The notes beneath the pieces are model-generated. The model ran no database searches. It had not been told where the DNA came from and saw only the letters and a list, made by a program, of their open reading frames with translations. Shown in pieces: positions 46,815 through 59,760 of a stretch of 64,000 nt of DNA (within the stretch, counting starts at the first letter, position 1; every line of letters starts with the position of its first letter). The stretch spans positions 241,430,001 through 241,494,000 of the forward strand of contig NC_086097.1 in NCBI RefSeq assembly GCF_963921235.1. Reading direction: 5' to 3'. The position numbers and the translations under genes were made by a program. The DNA comes from Mobula hypostoma. Its lineage: Eukaryota.

Positions 46815-49495
46815 AAAAATGTGGTCTAGAAATTACAGTGGGAGATACAAACTACATGCCAAAAGGACAATGTTACAATAGTCATGGGGGATTTCAATAT
46901 GCAGGTAGATTGGGAAAATCAAGTTGCTGCTGGATCTCAAGGGGGAATTTCTAGAATGCCAACAAGATGGCTTTCGGGGTTGAGCCCAGTGGGGGATCAT
47001 CCATTTTGGATTAGGTGTTGTGCATTAAGGTCAAGGAACCAGTGATCATAATATGATAGAATTCACCCTGCAGTTTTGAGAAGGAGCAGCTAAAGTCAGA
47101 TGTATCAGTATAGCAGTGGAGTAAAGGGAATTACAGAGGCATGAGAGAGGAAGTGGCCTGAATTGATTGTAAAAGAACACTGGCAGGGATGATGGCAGAG
47201 CAGCAATGGTTGGAATTTCTGGGAGCAATTCGGAAGACGCAGGATATATACATCCAAAAGAGGAAGAAGTATTGTAAAGGCAATGTAACACAACCATGGC
47301 TAGCAAGAGAAGTCAAAGCCAACATAAATGCGATAGAGAGGGCATATAATAGAGCAAAAATAGTGGAAAGTTGGAGAATTGGGACGCTTTTAAAAACCAA
47401 CAAAACGCAACTAAAAAAAGTCATAAAAAAGGAAAAGATGGAATACAAAGGTAAGCAAGCTAATAATATTAAAGAGAATACCAAAAGTTTCTTCAGATAC
47501 ATGAAGTGTAAAAGAGAGGTGAGAGTAGATATCAGGCTACTGAAAAATGATGTTGGAGAAGTAGTAATGGGGACAACAAAAGGGTGGATGAACTGAATAA
47601 CTATTTTGCATCGGTCTTCAATGTGGAACTATGCTGGAAGTTCAAAAGTGTAAGGGGACAGAACTATGTGAAATTGCCATTACTAGAGAGAAGGTTCTTG
47701 GGAAACTGAATGGTCTGAAGGCAGATAGGTTACCTGGACCAGATGCTATACCTGCAGGGCTCTGAATGAGGTGGCTGAAGAGATTGTTGAGACATCAATC
47801 ATGATCTTTCAAGAATCAATTGATTCTGACATGGTTCTTGAGGAATGGAAAATTGCAACTGTTGCTCCACTCTTCAAGAAGGAAGAGAAGCAGAAGGGAA
47901 AGTATAGGCCAGTTAGTCTGGCCTCAGTGGTTGGGAAGATGGAGTCGATTGTTGAGGATGTGGTTTTGGGGTACTTGGAGGCACATGATAAAATAGGTTA
48001 TACAAAACACTCTGCAGATGCTGAGGTCAAAGCAACACTCACAACATGCTGGAGGAACTCAGCAGGTCGGGCAGCATCCATGGAAACAGTCAGTTAACGT
48101 TTCAGTCCTGACAAAGGGTTCCGGCCCGAAATGTTATCTGACCGTTTCCATGGATGCTGCCTGACCTGCTGAGTTCCTCCAGTGTGTTGTGAGTGTTGAT
48201 AAAATAGGTTGTAGTCAGTATGGTATCATCAAAGGAAATTCTTGAAGAAATAACAAGCAGGATAGACAAAACAGAAATGGATGATGTTGTGTAGTTGGAT
48301 ATTCAGAAGACGTTTGCCAAGGTAGCACACATGAGGCTGCTTAACAAGCTCAGAGCCCATGGAATTACAGGAAAAATTCTAGCCTGGATAAAGCATTGGC
48401 TGAACGGCAGGAGGCAAAGAGTGGGAATAAAGGGAGCCTTTTCTAACTGGCTGCTGGTGACTAGTGGTGTTCCACAGGGGTCTGTGATGGGAACGATTCT
48501 TTTTGTGTTATATGTCAATAATTTGGAGGATGGAATTGATGGTTTTGTTTCAAAGTTTGAAGATGAAATGAAGATAGGTGGAAGGGCAGGTAGTTTTGAG
48601 GAAGTAGAGAGGCTACAAAAAGGACTTAGAAAGAGTAGGGGAATGGGCAAAGCAGTGGTACATGGAACACAGTGTCAGGAAGTGTACTGTCATGCACTGT
48701 GCTAGAAGAAATAAAAGGGTAGACTATTTTCTAAGTGGAGAGACAATTCAAACATCTGAGGTGCAAAGGGACTTCAGAGTCCTTGTGCAGGATTCCCTAA
48801 AGGTTAATTTACAGGTTGAGTTGGCACTGAGAAAAGCAAATGCAATGTTAGCATTCATTTCGAGAGGACTAGAATATAAAAACAATGATGTACAGTTGAG
48901 ACTTTATAAAGCACTAGTGATGTCTCACTGGAGTATTGTAAGAAGTTTTGGGTTCTTTATCTAAGAAAGGATGTACTGACATTGAAGAGAGTTCAAAAGA
49001 AGTTCACAAAAATGATTTTGGGATAGAAAGGCTTGTCATATGAGGAGCGTTTGATGGAAATTTGCCTCTACTCACTGGAATTCAGAAGAATGAGGGGATG
49101 ACCTCATTGAGTCCTATCAAATTTTGAAAGGCCTCGATAGAGTGGATGTGGAGAAGATATTTTGTATGGTGTGGGAGTCTAAGACCAGAGGACACAGCCA
49201 CAGAATAGAGGGGTGTCCTTTTAGAACAGAGATGAAGAGGAATTTCTTTAGCCAGAGAGTGGTAAATCTGTGGAATTTTTGCCACAGGCAGCTGTGGAGG
49301 CCAAGTCATTGGGTATATTTAAGGCAAAGGTTGATAGATTCTTGATTAGTCCGAGCATGAAAGGCTATGGGGTGGGGAGGGGGGGGAGCAGGGAAGACAG
49401 GAGATTAGGGCTGAGAGGGAAAATGAATTAACATTGGTGGAGCAGACTCGATGGGCCAAATGGCCTAATTCTGTTCCTGTGTCTTATGGTCTGAT
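46815..49495 (+). mobile_element. Decayed CR1 ORF2 with tail
   Basis: MGDFN region, YRPVSL, GVPQGSVMG, KTRGHS; many lesions. Confidence 0.9.
48000..48196. mobile_element. Fold-back mini-Penelope insert
   Basis: ~70-bp inverted pLTR arms around a degenerate hammerhead; 14-bp TSD tgataaaataggtt at 47986-47999 and 48197-48210. Confidence 0.85.
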
Positions 49496-49954
49496 TAACA
49501 ATCATGGTCATGGGAGGACCATGATCACCTAAACCATATGACATGGCACATAGCGAATGAACAAATTAATTACAGGACATGTTACAATCACCAATTAACT
49601 TACCAACTGGTACATCTTTGGAACATGGGAGGAAATGGAGCAACCCAAGGAAACCCACACATTCACAGGGAGAACGCACAAACTCCTTGCAGACAGCATC
49701 AGAATTGAACTCCAGACTCTGTAATAGCGCCATGCTACCCTGGCGCCCTCACCCCTGCCTGTGTTGTTCCTCTGATAGTTACCCCACTCCCCTTCACCAG
49801 CAAGCATAGTTTTGCCAAGAACCAATTAATTAACCATAGTTGAATGTGTGTCATTAAAATAAACACAACTATATCTAATTAATCAGCTTACTTATCAAAA
49901 ATTTCCCCTCTCCAGTTCGTGTTTTTCTCAGATTCAGAGGTTTAGGTGAACATC

Positions 49955-50945
49955 ACAGAACAGAGAACGTAGAACATAGAACATTAGAGCACGTACAGGC
50001 CCTATAGCCCATAATGTTGTGCTAACCTTTCAACTTACTGTCTCATCAGTCTAGCCCTTCCCTCCCAAATAACCCTCCATTACTCTTTCATCCATGTACC
50101 AATCTAAGAGTTTATTAAATTCCCCTAAGGTATCTGACTCTACTATCACCCCTGACAGGTCACCCCACACACCTACCACTCTCTGTGTAAAACTCATATT
50201 TTCTTCCTATCACCTTAAAACTATTTGTCTCCTATTAGTCTTTGCCTGCCTAGGAAAAATACATTGGCTGTCCATTTGATCTACACCTCTTATCATTTTA
50301 TACATCTCTGTCAAGTCACCTCTTATCGTTCTTCATTCCACAGAGAAAAGCCCCAGCTCACTCAGCCTTTCCTCATAAGACATGTTCTCTAATCCAGGCA
50401 GCATCCTTGTAAATCTCCTCTAAAGCCTCTCTAAAGCTTCCACATCCTTCCTATAATGAGGTGACCAGAACTGAACACAACATACAAGTATAGCCCAACC
50501 TGAATCTTATGGAGCTGTGGCATTACCTTGCAGCACTTGAATTCAGTCCTCTGACTAATGAAGGCCAACACACCACATACCTTCTTAATGACCCCATCAG
50601 CTTGCATAGCAACTGATGGATCTATGGACGTGAACTTCAAACATAGACCCCTCTGTTTCTCCCCACTGCTAAGAATTCTGCCATTAACCCTCTGCTCTGC
50701 TTTCAGGTTAGACCGTCACACTTCCCTGGTTGAACTTCATCTGCCACTTCTCAGCCAGCACAACATCCCGTCAGTGTCCCGTTGTAAACTATGACAATCT
50801 TCTACAGTATCCACAACACCACAAACCTTCGTGGCACCTGTAAGCTTACCAATCCACCCTTCCACTTCTTCATTTATAAAAGTCACAAAGAACAGGGGTC
50901 CCAGAACAGATCCCTATGGAACACCACTGGTCACTGACCTCCAAG
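49955..50945 (-). mobile_element. Decayed CR1 3' fragment
   Basis: GVP.GSVLGP region at ~50890-50935 and (ttctatg)-type tail at ~49960-49990. Confidence 0.8.
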
Positions 50946-51180
50946 CAAGAGAATATATTGTTTCATCATCACAATGTTTTAGTATAATGGGTCATGCAGC
51001 ATATGCAGAGAGAGAAACAGAGGTTAACATTTCGGGTCAAAGACCCTTTGTCAGACCTGCTGAGGGTTTCCAGCAATAAGACCATAAAACACAAAATAAT
51101 CTGCAGATGCTGTTGTCAAAGGAACACTCACAATGCGCTGGAGGAACTCAGCAGGTCAGTCAGCATCAGTTGAAAAGATT

Positions 51181-51216
51181 AGTCGACGTTTCGGGCCGAA
51201 ACCCTTCATCAGGACT
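51181..51216 (-). ncRNA. Minimal type I hammerhead ribozyme motif
   Basis: AGUC-CUGAUGA-A-GGGU UUCG GCCC-GAAAC-GUC-GACU. Confidence 0.85.
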
Positions 51217-51406
51217 GAAGGAAGAACTTCGGGGAGGGTTTGAAGAATGCTGGTAGTTGAAAAAAACAGTAATTTTAAAGACAAAGGGGTGGGGGAGGGG
51301 AAGCAGGGAGGTGATTGGCAGGAGAATAATGCGAAGTAGTAGAAGGAGGGGGAACTATGAGGGAGGTGATGTGAAATAGGAATAGAGGAAGGGAGAGGGG
51401 AGGGAA

Positions 51407-52894
51407 TTACCGGAAGTTGGAGAATTCTATGTTCATACCAAGGGGCTGGAGACTACCTAGACGGCATATGAGGTGTTGCTCCTCCAACCTGAGTTTAGCC
51501 TCATCATGACAGTAGAGGAAGCCATGTATGGACATATCTAAATGGGAATGGGAAGCAGAGTTGAAGTGGGTGGCTACCGGGAGATCCTGTCTGTTGTGGC
51601 AGACGGAGTGGAGGTGCTCGACGAAGCCGTCCCCCAATCTGCGTCGGGTTTCACCGATGTAGGGGAGGCCGCACTGGGAGCACCGGATGCAATAGGTGAC
51701 CCCAACAGATTCGCAAGTGAAGTGTTGCCTCACCTGGAAGGACTGTTTGGGGCCCTGAATGGTGGCAAGAGAGGAGGTGTAGAGACAGGTGTAGCACTTA
51801 CGCTTACAGGGATAAGTGCAGGGTGGGAGATCCGTGGGGATGGACGTGCGGATAAGTGAGTCGCGGAGGGATTGATCCCTGCGGAAAGCAGAGATGGGTG
51901 GTGAGGGAAAGATGTGCTTAGTTGTGGGGTCCTGTTGAAGGTGGCAGAAGTTGCGGAGGATAATGTGCTGGATCAGGAGGCTGGTGGGGTGGTGGGTGAG
52001 GACAAGGGGAACTCTGTCCCTGTTGTGGTGGCGGGAGGATGAGGTGAGGGCCGAAGTGCGGGAAATGGAGGAGATGCGGGTGAGGGTATCATTGATCACC
52101 GTAGAAGGGAAACCACGATCCTTAAAGAAAGAAGACATTTGAGATGTCCTGGAACGGAAAGCCTCATCCTGGGAGCAGATGCGGCGGAGACGGAGGAACT
52201 GGGAATAGGGAATGGCATTTTTGCATGTGGTGGGGTGGGAAGAGGTATAGTCGAAGTAGTTATGAGAGTCAGTGGGCTTGTAGAAGATGTCAGTGGACAG
52301 TCTGTCTCCAGAGATGGAGACCGAGACATCGAGAAAGGGGAGAGAAGTGTCAGAGATAGACCAAGTGAATTTGAGGGCTGGGTGGAAGTTTGAAGTAAAG
52401 TCGATGACATTGACGAGCTCAGCATGGGTGCAGGAAGCAGCATCAATGTAGTCGTCAATGTATCGAAGGAAAAGTTGGGGAGCAGTACCAAAATAGGTTT
52501 GGAGCACAGACTGTTCCACATAACCAACGAAGAGGCAGGCGTAGCTGGGTCCCATGCGAGTTCCCATAGCTACACCCTTAGTCTGAAGAAAGTGGGAAGA
52601 GCCAAAAGAGAAACTATTAAGTGTGACAACCAGTTCCACCAACCGGAGGAGGGTAGTGGTGGTGGGGAACTGGTGAGGTCTATTATCCAGGAAGTAGTGG
52701 AGGGCTTTGAGGCCTTCTCGATGGGGAATGGAGGTGTATAAGGATTGGACATCCATAGTAAAAATGAAGCGGTTGGGATCGGGGAACTGGAAGTTATTGA
52801 AGAGGTGGAGGGCATGGGATGTATCGTGGATGTAGGTGGGGAGGGACTGAACTATGGGTGACAAAATGGAGTCCAGGTAGGCAGATACAAGTTC
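51407..52894 (-). CDS. Penelope reverse transcriptase plus GIY-YIG endonuclease (partial, no native start)
   Basis: FTMDVQSLYTSIP, QTKGVAMGT, LRYIDD, LPFLDV (PLE RT); VTYCIRCSQCGLPYIGETRRRL (GIY-YIG). Confidence 0.92.
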   Translation of the reverse strand, partial: ELVSAYLDSILSPIVQSLPTYIHDTSHALHLFNNFQFPDPNRFIFTMDVQSLYTSIPHREGLKALHYFLDNRPHQFPTTTTLLRLVELVVTLNSFSFGSSHFLQTKGVAMGTRMGPSYACLFVGYVEQSVLQTYFGTAPQLFLRYIDDYIDAASCTHAELVNVIDFTSNFHPALKFTWSISDTSLPFLDVSVSISGDRLSTDIFYKPTDSHNYFDYTSSHPTTCKNAIPYSQFLRLRRICSQDEAFRSRTSQMSSFFKDRGFPSTVINDTLTRISSISRTSALTSSSRHHNRDRVPLVLTHHPTSLLIQHIILRNFCHLQQDPTTKHIFPSPPISAFRRDQSLRDSLIRTSIPTDLPPCTYPCKRKCYTCLYTSSLATIQGPKQSFQVRQHFTCESVGVTYCIRCSQCGLPYIGETRRRLGDGFVEHLHSVCHNRQDLPVATHFNSASHSHLDMSIHGFLYCHDEAKLRLEEQHLICRLGSLQPLGMNIEFSNFR

Positions 52895-52910
52895 AAGACC
52901 ATAAAACACA

Positions 52911-54260
52911 GGAGCTGAGAGGCCATTTGGCCATTATATTAGGTCCATTATTCTATCAAGGCTGATTTATTATCCCTCAAACCCATTCTCCTGCCTTCTC
53001 CCTGTATCCCTTCATGCCCTGACAGATCAAGAACCCAACAACATTCCCTTTAAATATACCAATGACTTGACCTCCACAGGCATCTGTGGCAATGGATTCC
53101 ATAGATTCACCACACTCTAGCAAAAGAAATTTTTCCACAACTGTTCTAAGGTGACATCCTTTTATTCTGAGGCTGTGCCATCTGGTCCTAGACTCCCCAC
53201 TACTGGAAAGATTCTCTCCATGTCCATTCTATCCAGGACTTCCAATATTCCATTTTTTTGCAGTATCTTCTGTTTTTATTTCTTTTTTATTATTTAGTGG
53301 TTAATTTCAGGGGTGATACAGCAACAACCTATACAGTCACCATGGTGACAGTTCAGAGACTAAGAATTTCAGGCCTGATAATGCCCCTGCTTCATGTAGA
53401 TGCTGGGGTTTCTCCTGAATCAAATCATTGTGCGATCTCACTGCAGAGTGCGTGCTGCATTACCAGAGGAGCTATCTTTTGGTTGAGATATTAAACTGTT
53501 TACTTCCTCAGAGTGTAGAAGGCTGTATGGCATTACTCATAGGAATTGTTCTCAGAATCTGCCCAAATCTGCCTCTGCACAATATGGCTGCCATACTTGC
53601 ACCAAAGTCAGAGTGGAACAAATTGAGCTAAATGGCAGGTTTTATTGTCCTGGTTGTATCATCCTGAATCCCCTACAGCAATCTCTCTATGCCTTATTGA
53701 AGTGATTGAGTTCAAGAACCGTGAAGTAACATTTCAGTTCTATAAAACCCTGGTCACACAACACTTGGAATATTTTGTTCCTTTCTGGATACCTCATTAT
53801 AGGAAGGGTGTGGAAGATTTTGAGAGGGTGCAAAGGAGGTTTAGAAGGAATAGAGAGCATGTCTTATGAACAAAGTTTGAGTGAGCTGGGCCTTTTCTCT
53901 TTGGAGCGAAGGAGGATGAGATGTGACTTGATAAAGGTGTACAAGATGATAAAAGACGTAGATCAAGTGGATTGCCGGAGATTTATTCCCGGGGTGAAAA
54001 TAGCAAGTACGAGGGGGCATAATTTTACAATGAGTGAAGGAAGGACAGAGGGGACATCAGAGATAAGTTTTTTTACACAGAGAATGGAGGGTGCCTGAGG
54101 TGGTGGTAAAGGCAGATACATTAGGGACATTTAGGATTCTCTTCAATTGGCACATGTATGATAGGAAAATTGAGGGCCATCTAAGAGGGATGGGGTTAGA
54201 TTAAAAAGCTGGCACATCATGGGTTGAAGGGCCTATACTATGCTGTAGTTTTCAATGTTC
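52911..54260. mobile_element. CR1 3' fragments (52911-53250 -, 53690-54260 +)
   Basis: GLFSLERRRMRCDLIKVYKMI...STRGHNF; CR1 tails. Confidence 0.8.
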
Positions 54261-54824
54261 ACCTGAACTTCCCCAATCCAAATGGGAGGGGATAAACTTG
54301 CTGCCTCAAATCTTTCCGGTGGTGTGTGCTGGGTGGCAGCCAGGACTATCGATCTGCAGGAACTAACCTTCATCCCCAACACCCTGGGTAACTTCCATAG
54401 ATAACAAAATGCTGGCCCTTCAGCTTAGCCAACTCCAAGAGGTGACATGCATATTTAATAAGCACAATGTTTTATGGTACCTGCGACCAAAGAAAAGGAA
54501 AGCTCTAGGTTAAGGTTTTTTTTTTCCCTTCTTTATGTCTGCTCAGTTAGGACAGTATAGATGCCAGGCAGGATAGTGGGATGCTTATCTCGTAGGATGT
54601 AGGAATGCAGGGATAACTCTAGTGTCCCGGATGACTACACTTGCAAGAAATGCATCCAGTTGCAGCTTCTGACAATCCTGGAACTGGATGAACTCTGGAT
54701 CATTCAGAAGGCTGAAGGGGTGACAGACGGGACATATCGAGAGGTAGTTACACCCATGGTGCAGAACACATGGAACTGGGTGACAGTCAGGAAGGGAAAA
54801 GGTGTTAGGAAGCCAGTACATCCG

Positions 54825-56610
54825 TGACACATCACACGCTCTGGATCTTTTCAATAATTCCAAATTCCCTGGCCCCAATCATCTTACTTTCACTATGGAT
54901 GTCCAATCCCTATACACCTCCATCCCCCACTAGGAAGGCCTCTTTATGGACACCAGACCTAACTGATTCCCCTCCTCCACCATTCCCATTTGTCCAGCAG
55001 AACTGGTCCTCACTCTTAATAATTTCTCCTTTGGCTCCTCCCACTTCCTTCAAACAAAAGGTGTAGCCATGGGCACTTGCATGGGTCCCAGTTATACCTG
55101 CCCATTTGTCAGCTACGTGGAACAGTCTATGTTCCAAGTCTAGGCTGGTATCACTCCCCAACGTTTCTTATGTTACATCAATGACTGCATTGGTGCTGCT
55201 TCCCGCACCCATGCAGAACTTGTTGGCTTTATCAACTTTGCCTCCAACTTCCATCCTGTCCTGAAATTTACCTGGTCCAATTCCAGCACCTCCCTCCCCT
55301 TTCTCATTCTCTGTGTCTCTGTCTCTGGAGATAGCTTATCTACTGATGTCTGTAATAAACACTTTGACCTCACAGGTACATGGACCATGCCTCTTCCTAC
55401 CCTGTTACTTGTAAAAATACTATGCCCTTCTCCCAATTCCTCCATCTCCACTACACCTGCTCTCAGGATGAGGATTTTCATTCCAGAACTAAGGAGGTGT
55501 TCTCCTTCTTCAAAGAAAGGGATTTCTGTTCTCCACCGTCAATGCCAACCTCAACCACATCTCTTTCATTTTGCACCTGTCTGCCCTCACCCCATCCTCC
55601 TGCCACCCCATCAGGGATAGGGTTCCTCTTGTCCCCACCTACCACTCCACCAACCTCCGCGTTCAGCACATAAATCTCCATAACTTCTGCCATCTCCAAC
55701 AAGATCCCACCACCAAGCACATCTTTCCCTCCACCCCACTTTCTGCTTTCTGCAGGTATCACCCCCTATGTGACTCCCTCGTCCATTTGTCCTGGCGTTT
55801 AAGTGGAACAAGTGCTACACCTGCCTCTGCACCTCCTCCCTCACTACAATTCAGGTCCCCAAACAGTCCTTCCAGATAAGGCGACACTTTACCTGTTGGT
55901 CTGTTGATACCATCTACTGTATCCAATGCTCCTGGTGAGGCCTCCTGTATGTTGGTGAGACCGAAGTAGATTGGGAGACCACTTTACCAAGCACCTACGC
56001 TCCTTCTGCCAGAAAAAGCGGGATCTCCTGGTGGCCACCCATTTCAATTCTATTTCTCATTCCCATTCTGATATATCAGTCCATGGCCTCCGCTCCTACT
56101 GCGGTGAGGCCACACTCAGGCTGGAGGAGCAACACCTTGTATTCTGTCTGGGTAGCCTCCAAACTGATGGCACAAACATCGGTTTCTCGATCTTCTGGAA
56201 ATGCGCCCCCCCCCACCCTGCCGCCACCAGTCTCTATCGCCTTTTCCCTCTCTCACCTCATCTCTTTGCCTGCACTTCACCTCCCTCTGGTACTCCTCCC
56301 CTTCCCTTTCTTCCGTGACCTTCAGTCCTCTCCTGTCAGATTCCCCCTTCTCCAGTCTTTTATCGCTTTCTCCAATCAACTTCCCAGCTCTTTACTTCAC
56401 CCCTCCCCCTCTCCGTTTCACCTGTCACCTACCACCTACCACCTTGTATTTCCTCCTCCCCTCCCCCCTCCCCACCTTTTTACCCTGACTTTTCGTCTTT
56501 TTACTCCAGTTCTGATGAAGGGTCTCGGCCTGAAACATTGACTGTTTACTTTTTTCCATAGATGCTGCGAGGCCTGCTGAGTTCCTCCAGCACTTTGTGC
56601 GTTGTGTGGA
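54825..56610 (+). mobile_element. Decayed Penelope-like element (RT, GIY-YIG, pLTR; hammerhead variant at 56508-56543)
   Basis: Frameshifted homolog of 51407-52894 (RDRVPLV, LRLEEQHLVFCLGSLQ). Confidence 0.9.
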
Positions 56611-57886
56611 TTGGGGCAGGCTGTTTTCTGGCAAAGGTGTTCTTGGAAAGTGGGCGGCCTTCAAAAATGATACTTTGAGGGTACATATTTTGTGCCAGTC
56701 AGAATAAAAGGTAAAGATAACAAGTGTAGTTTTCCTTGGTTTTCAAGAGATATTGAGGCCCTGGTTAAGAGAAGAAAGAAGATGCATAGCGGGTATAGGC
56801 AGGCAGGAACAAATGAGGTGCTTGTGGAGTCCACGAAATGCAAGAGAACATATAAGAAAGAAATCAGGAAGGCTAAAAAAAGGCATGAAGTTGCTCCAGC
56901 AGACTTGGTGAACATCCCTAAGGGATGGTAAGAGCAGAACGATTGCTAAGGACAAAGTTGGTCCTTTGGAAGACCAGAATGGTAATCTATATATAGAGCC
57001 AAAACAGATGGGGGCGATCTTAATTGCATTCTTTGCATTTGTATTTACTCAGGAGATGGATACAGAGTCTATAGAAGTGAGGCAAAGTGGCATCAACTTC
57101 ATGGACCCTGTACAAATTGCAGAGGAGGAGTTGTTTGCTACCCTGAGGAAAATCAGGGTGGATAAATCCCCAGGACCTGACAAGGTGTTCCCTCAGACCC
57201 CATAGGAGGCAAGTGCAGAAATTGCTGGGGCCCTAGCAGAGATATTTAATACGTATATCCTTCATGAGAGGAGAGGAATCAGAGGATTGGAGGATAGCCA
57301 ATGTTGTTCCGTCATTTTAGAAAGGCTGTAAACAGAAGCCAGGAAATTATAGGCTGGTGAGTCTGATGTCAGTTGTGGGAAAGCTATTGGAAGGTATTCT
57401 AAGGGACCGGATATATAAGTATTTGGATAGGCATTGACTGATTAAAGATAGTCAGCATAGGTTTGTGCACAGTATGTCATATCTAACCAATCTTATAAAG
57501 TTTTTCGAGGAAGTTAGCAGGAAAGTGGATGAAGGCAAGGCAGTGGATGTTGTCTACATGGACTTCAGTGAGGCATTTAACAAGGTCATGCATGGGAGGC
57601 TGGTCCAGAATGTTCAGTCACTCAGCATTCAGGATGAGAAAGTAATTTGAATTAGACATTGGCTTTGTGGGAGAAACCACAGAGTGGTAGTAAATGTTTA
57701 CCTCTCTAGCTGGAGGCCTGTAACTAGTGGTGTGCTACAGGGATTGGTGTTGGCCTCTTTGTTTGTCATCTATATCAATGATCTGGATGATAATGTGGTT
57801 AATTGGATCAACAAATTTGAAGATAACACCAAGATTTGGGGTGTAATGGACTATGAGAAAGGCTAACATAGCTTGCAGAGGGATCT

Positions 57887-59400
57887 GAAAGAGGTAGTGT
57901 AAGAGATTGTCGTGGCATTACAAATGATCTTTCAAAAATCATTGGACTCTGGCATAGTGCCAGAGGACTGGAAAATGATAAATGTTACTCCACACTTTAA
58001 GAAAGGAGGAAGGCAGCAGAAAGAAAATTATAGACCAGTTAGCCTGACCTCAGTGGTTGGGAAGATGTTGGAGTCAATTGTTAACGATGAGGTGATGGAG
58101 TACTTGGTGACACAGGACAAGATAGTACATCATGATTTCTTTCAGGGAAAATCCTGCCTGATGAACTTGTTGGAATTCTTTGAGGAGATTACACGTAGGA
58201 TAGATAAAGGGGGCGTAGTAGATGTTGTATATTTGGACTTGCAGAAGGTCCTTTGACAAGGTGTCACACATGAGGCCGCTTACCAAGTTAACAGCCCATG
58301 GCATTACAGCAAAGTTACTAACATGGTTAGAGCATTGGCTGATAGGTAGGAGGCAGTGAGTGGGAATAAAAGGATCCTTGTCTGGTTGGCTGCCAGTGAC
58401 TAGTGGTTTTCCTCAAGGCTCGGTGTTGGGACCACTTCTTTTTATGCTGTATATAAATTATTTAGATGATGGAATAGAAGTCTTTGTTGCCAAGTTTGCA
58501 GATGATACAAAGATTGGTGGAGAGGCAGGTAGTTTTGAGGAAACAGTTAGGATGCAGAAGGACTTAGACAGATTAGGAGAATGGGCAAAAAAGTGGCAAA
58601 TGAAATACAATGTTGAAAAATGCATGGTCATGCACTTTGGTAGTAGAAATAAACAGGTGGACTATTTTCTAAGTGGGGAGAAAATCCAGGAATCTGAGAC
58701 GCAGAGGGACTTGGGAGTCCTTGTGCAGAACACCCTGAAAGTTAACTTGCAGGATGAGTCTGTGGTGAGGAAGGCAAATAAAGGTCTAGAATACAAGAAC
58801 AAGGATGTGATGCTGAGGCTTTATAAGGCACTGGTGAGGCCTCACCTTGAGTATTCTGAACAGTTTTGGGCTCCTCATCTTAGGAAAGATGTGCTGGCAT
58901 TGGAGAGGGTCCAGAGGAGGTTCACAAGGATGATTCCAGGAATTAAAGGGTTATCATATGAGGAATGTTTGATGGCTCTGGGTCTGTACTCACTGGAATT
59001 AAGAAGGATGAGGTGGGATTTCATTGAAACCTTTCGAATGTTGAATGGCCTAGAGAGTAGATGTGGAAAGGATATTTCCTATGGTGGGAGAGTCGAGGAC
59101 AAGAGGGCACAGCCTCAGGATAGATGGGCACCCTTTCAAAACAGAGATGTGGAGAAATTTGTTTAGCTAAAGGGTGGTGAATTTGTGGAATTTGGTTCCA
59201 CATGCAGCTGTGAAGGCCAGGAAGTTGGGTGCATTTAAGGGAAAGATTGATAGGTTCTTGATTGGACATGCATCAAAGGTTACGAGGAGAAGGCCAGGAA
59301 CTGGGGTTGAGGAAGAGATAGAGAAAAAGAATCAGCCATGTTTGAATGGTGGAGCAGACTCAATGGGCCAGATGGCCTAATTCTACTCTTATGTCTTATG
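57887..59400 (+). mobile_element. 5'-truncated CR1 nested in CR1
   Basis: ORFs 57912-58256 and 58360-59166 (KFADD); TSD ggatct at 57881-57886 and 59400-59405. Confidence 0.9.
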
Positions 59401-59760
59401 GATCTCCATTTACTGGAAAAATGGGCTGAAAAATGGCAGGCAGAATTTATTATAGGAAGCTGTGAGGTTTTGCGCCTTATAGGAGCAAACCAGTGCAGGT
59501 CTAACACAGTGAATCGTATGGCACCGAGGAGTGTGGTAGAACAAAGTGATTTGGGAATACAGGTACATAATTTGTTGGAAGTAGCATCAGTTGTAGATAG
59601 TGTCATAAAAAAAAAGCTTTTGGCACGTAGGCCTTCATAAATCAATATATTGAATACAGAAGATGAGATGTTATGTTGAAGTTGTGTAAGACATTGGTGA
59701 GGCCTAATTTAGAGTATTGTGTGAGCTTTGGTCACTTACCGACAGGAAAGATGTAAAGAT

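Larger units (their letters stand above)
51094..52894 (-). mobile_element. Penelope-like retroelement, 5'-truncated, with 3' pLTR
   Basis: 16-bp TSD aagaccataaaacaca at 51078-51093 and 52895-52910; open RT-EN frame. Confidence 0.95.

Noticed and set aside
52895..52909. GTG start of the 500-aa Penelope ORF
   Set aside because: Lies in the target-site duplication; the element is 5'-truncated
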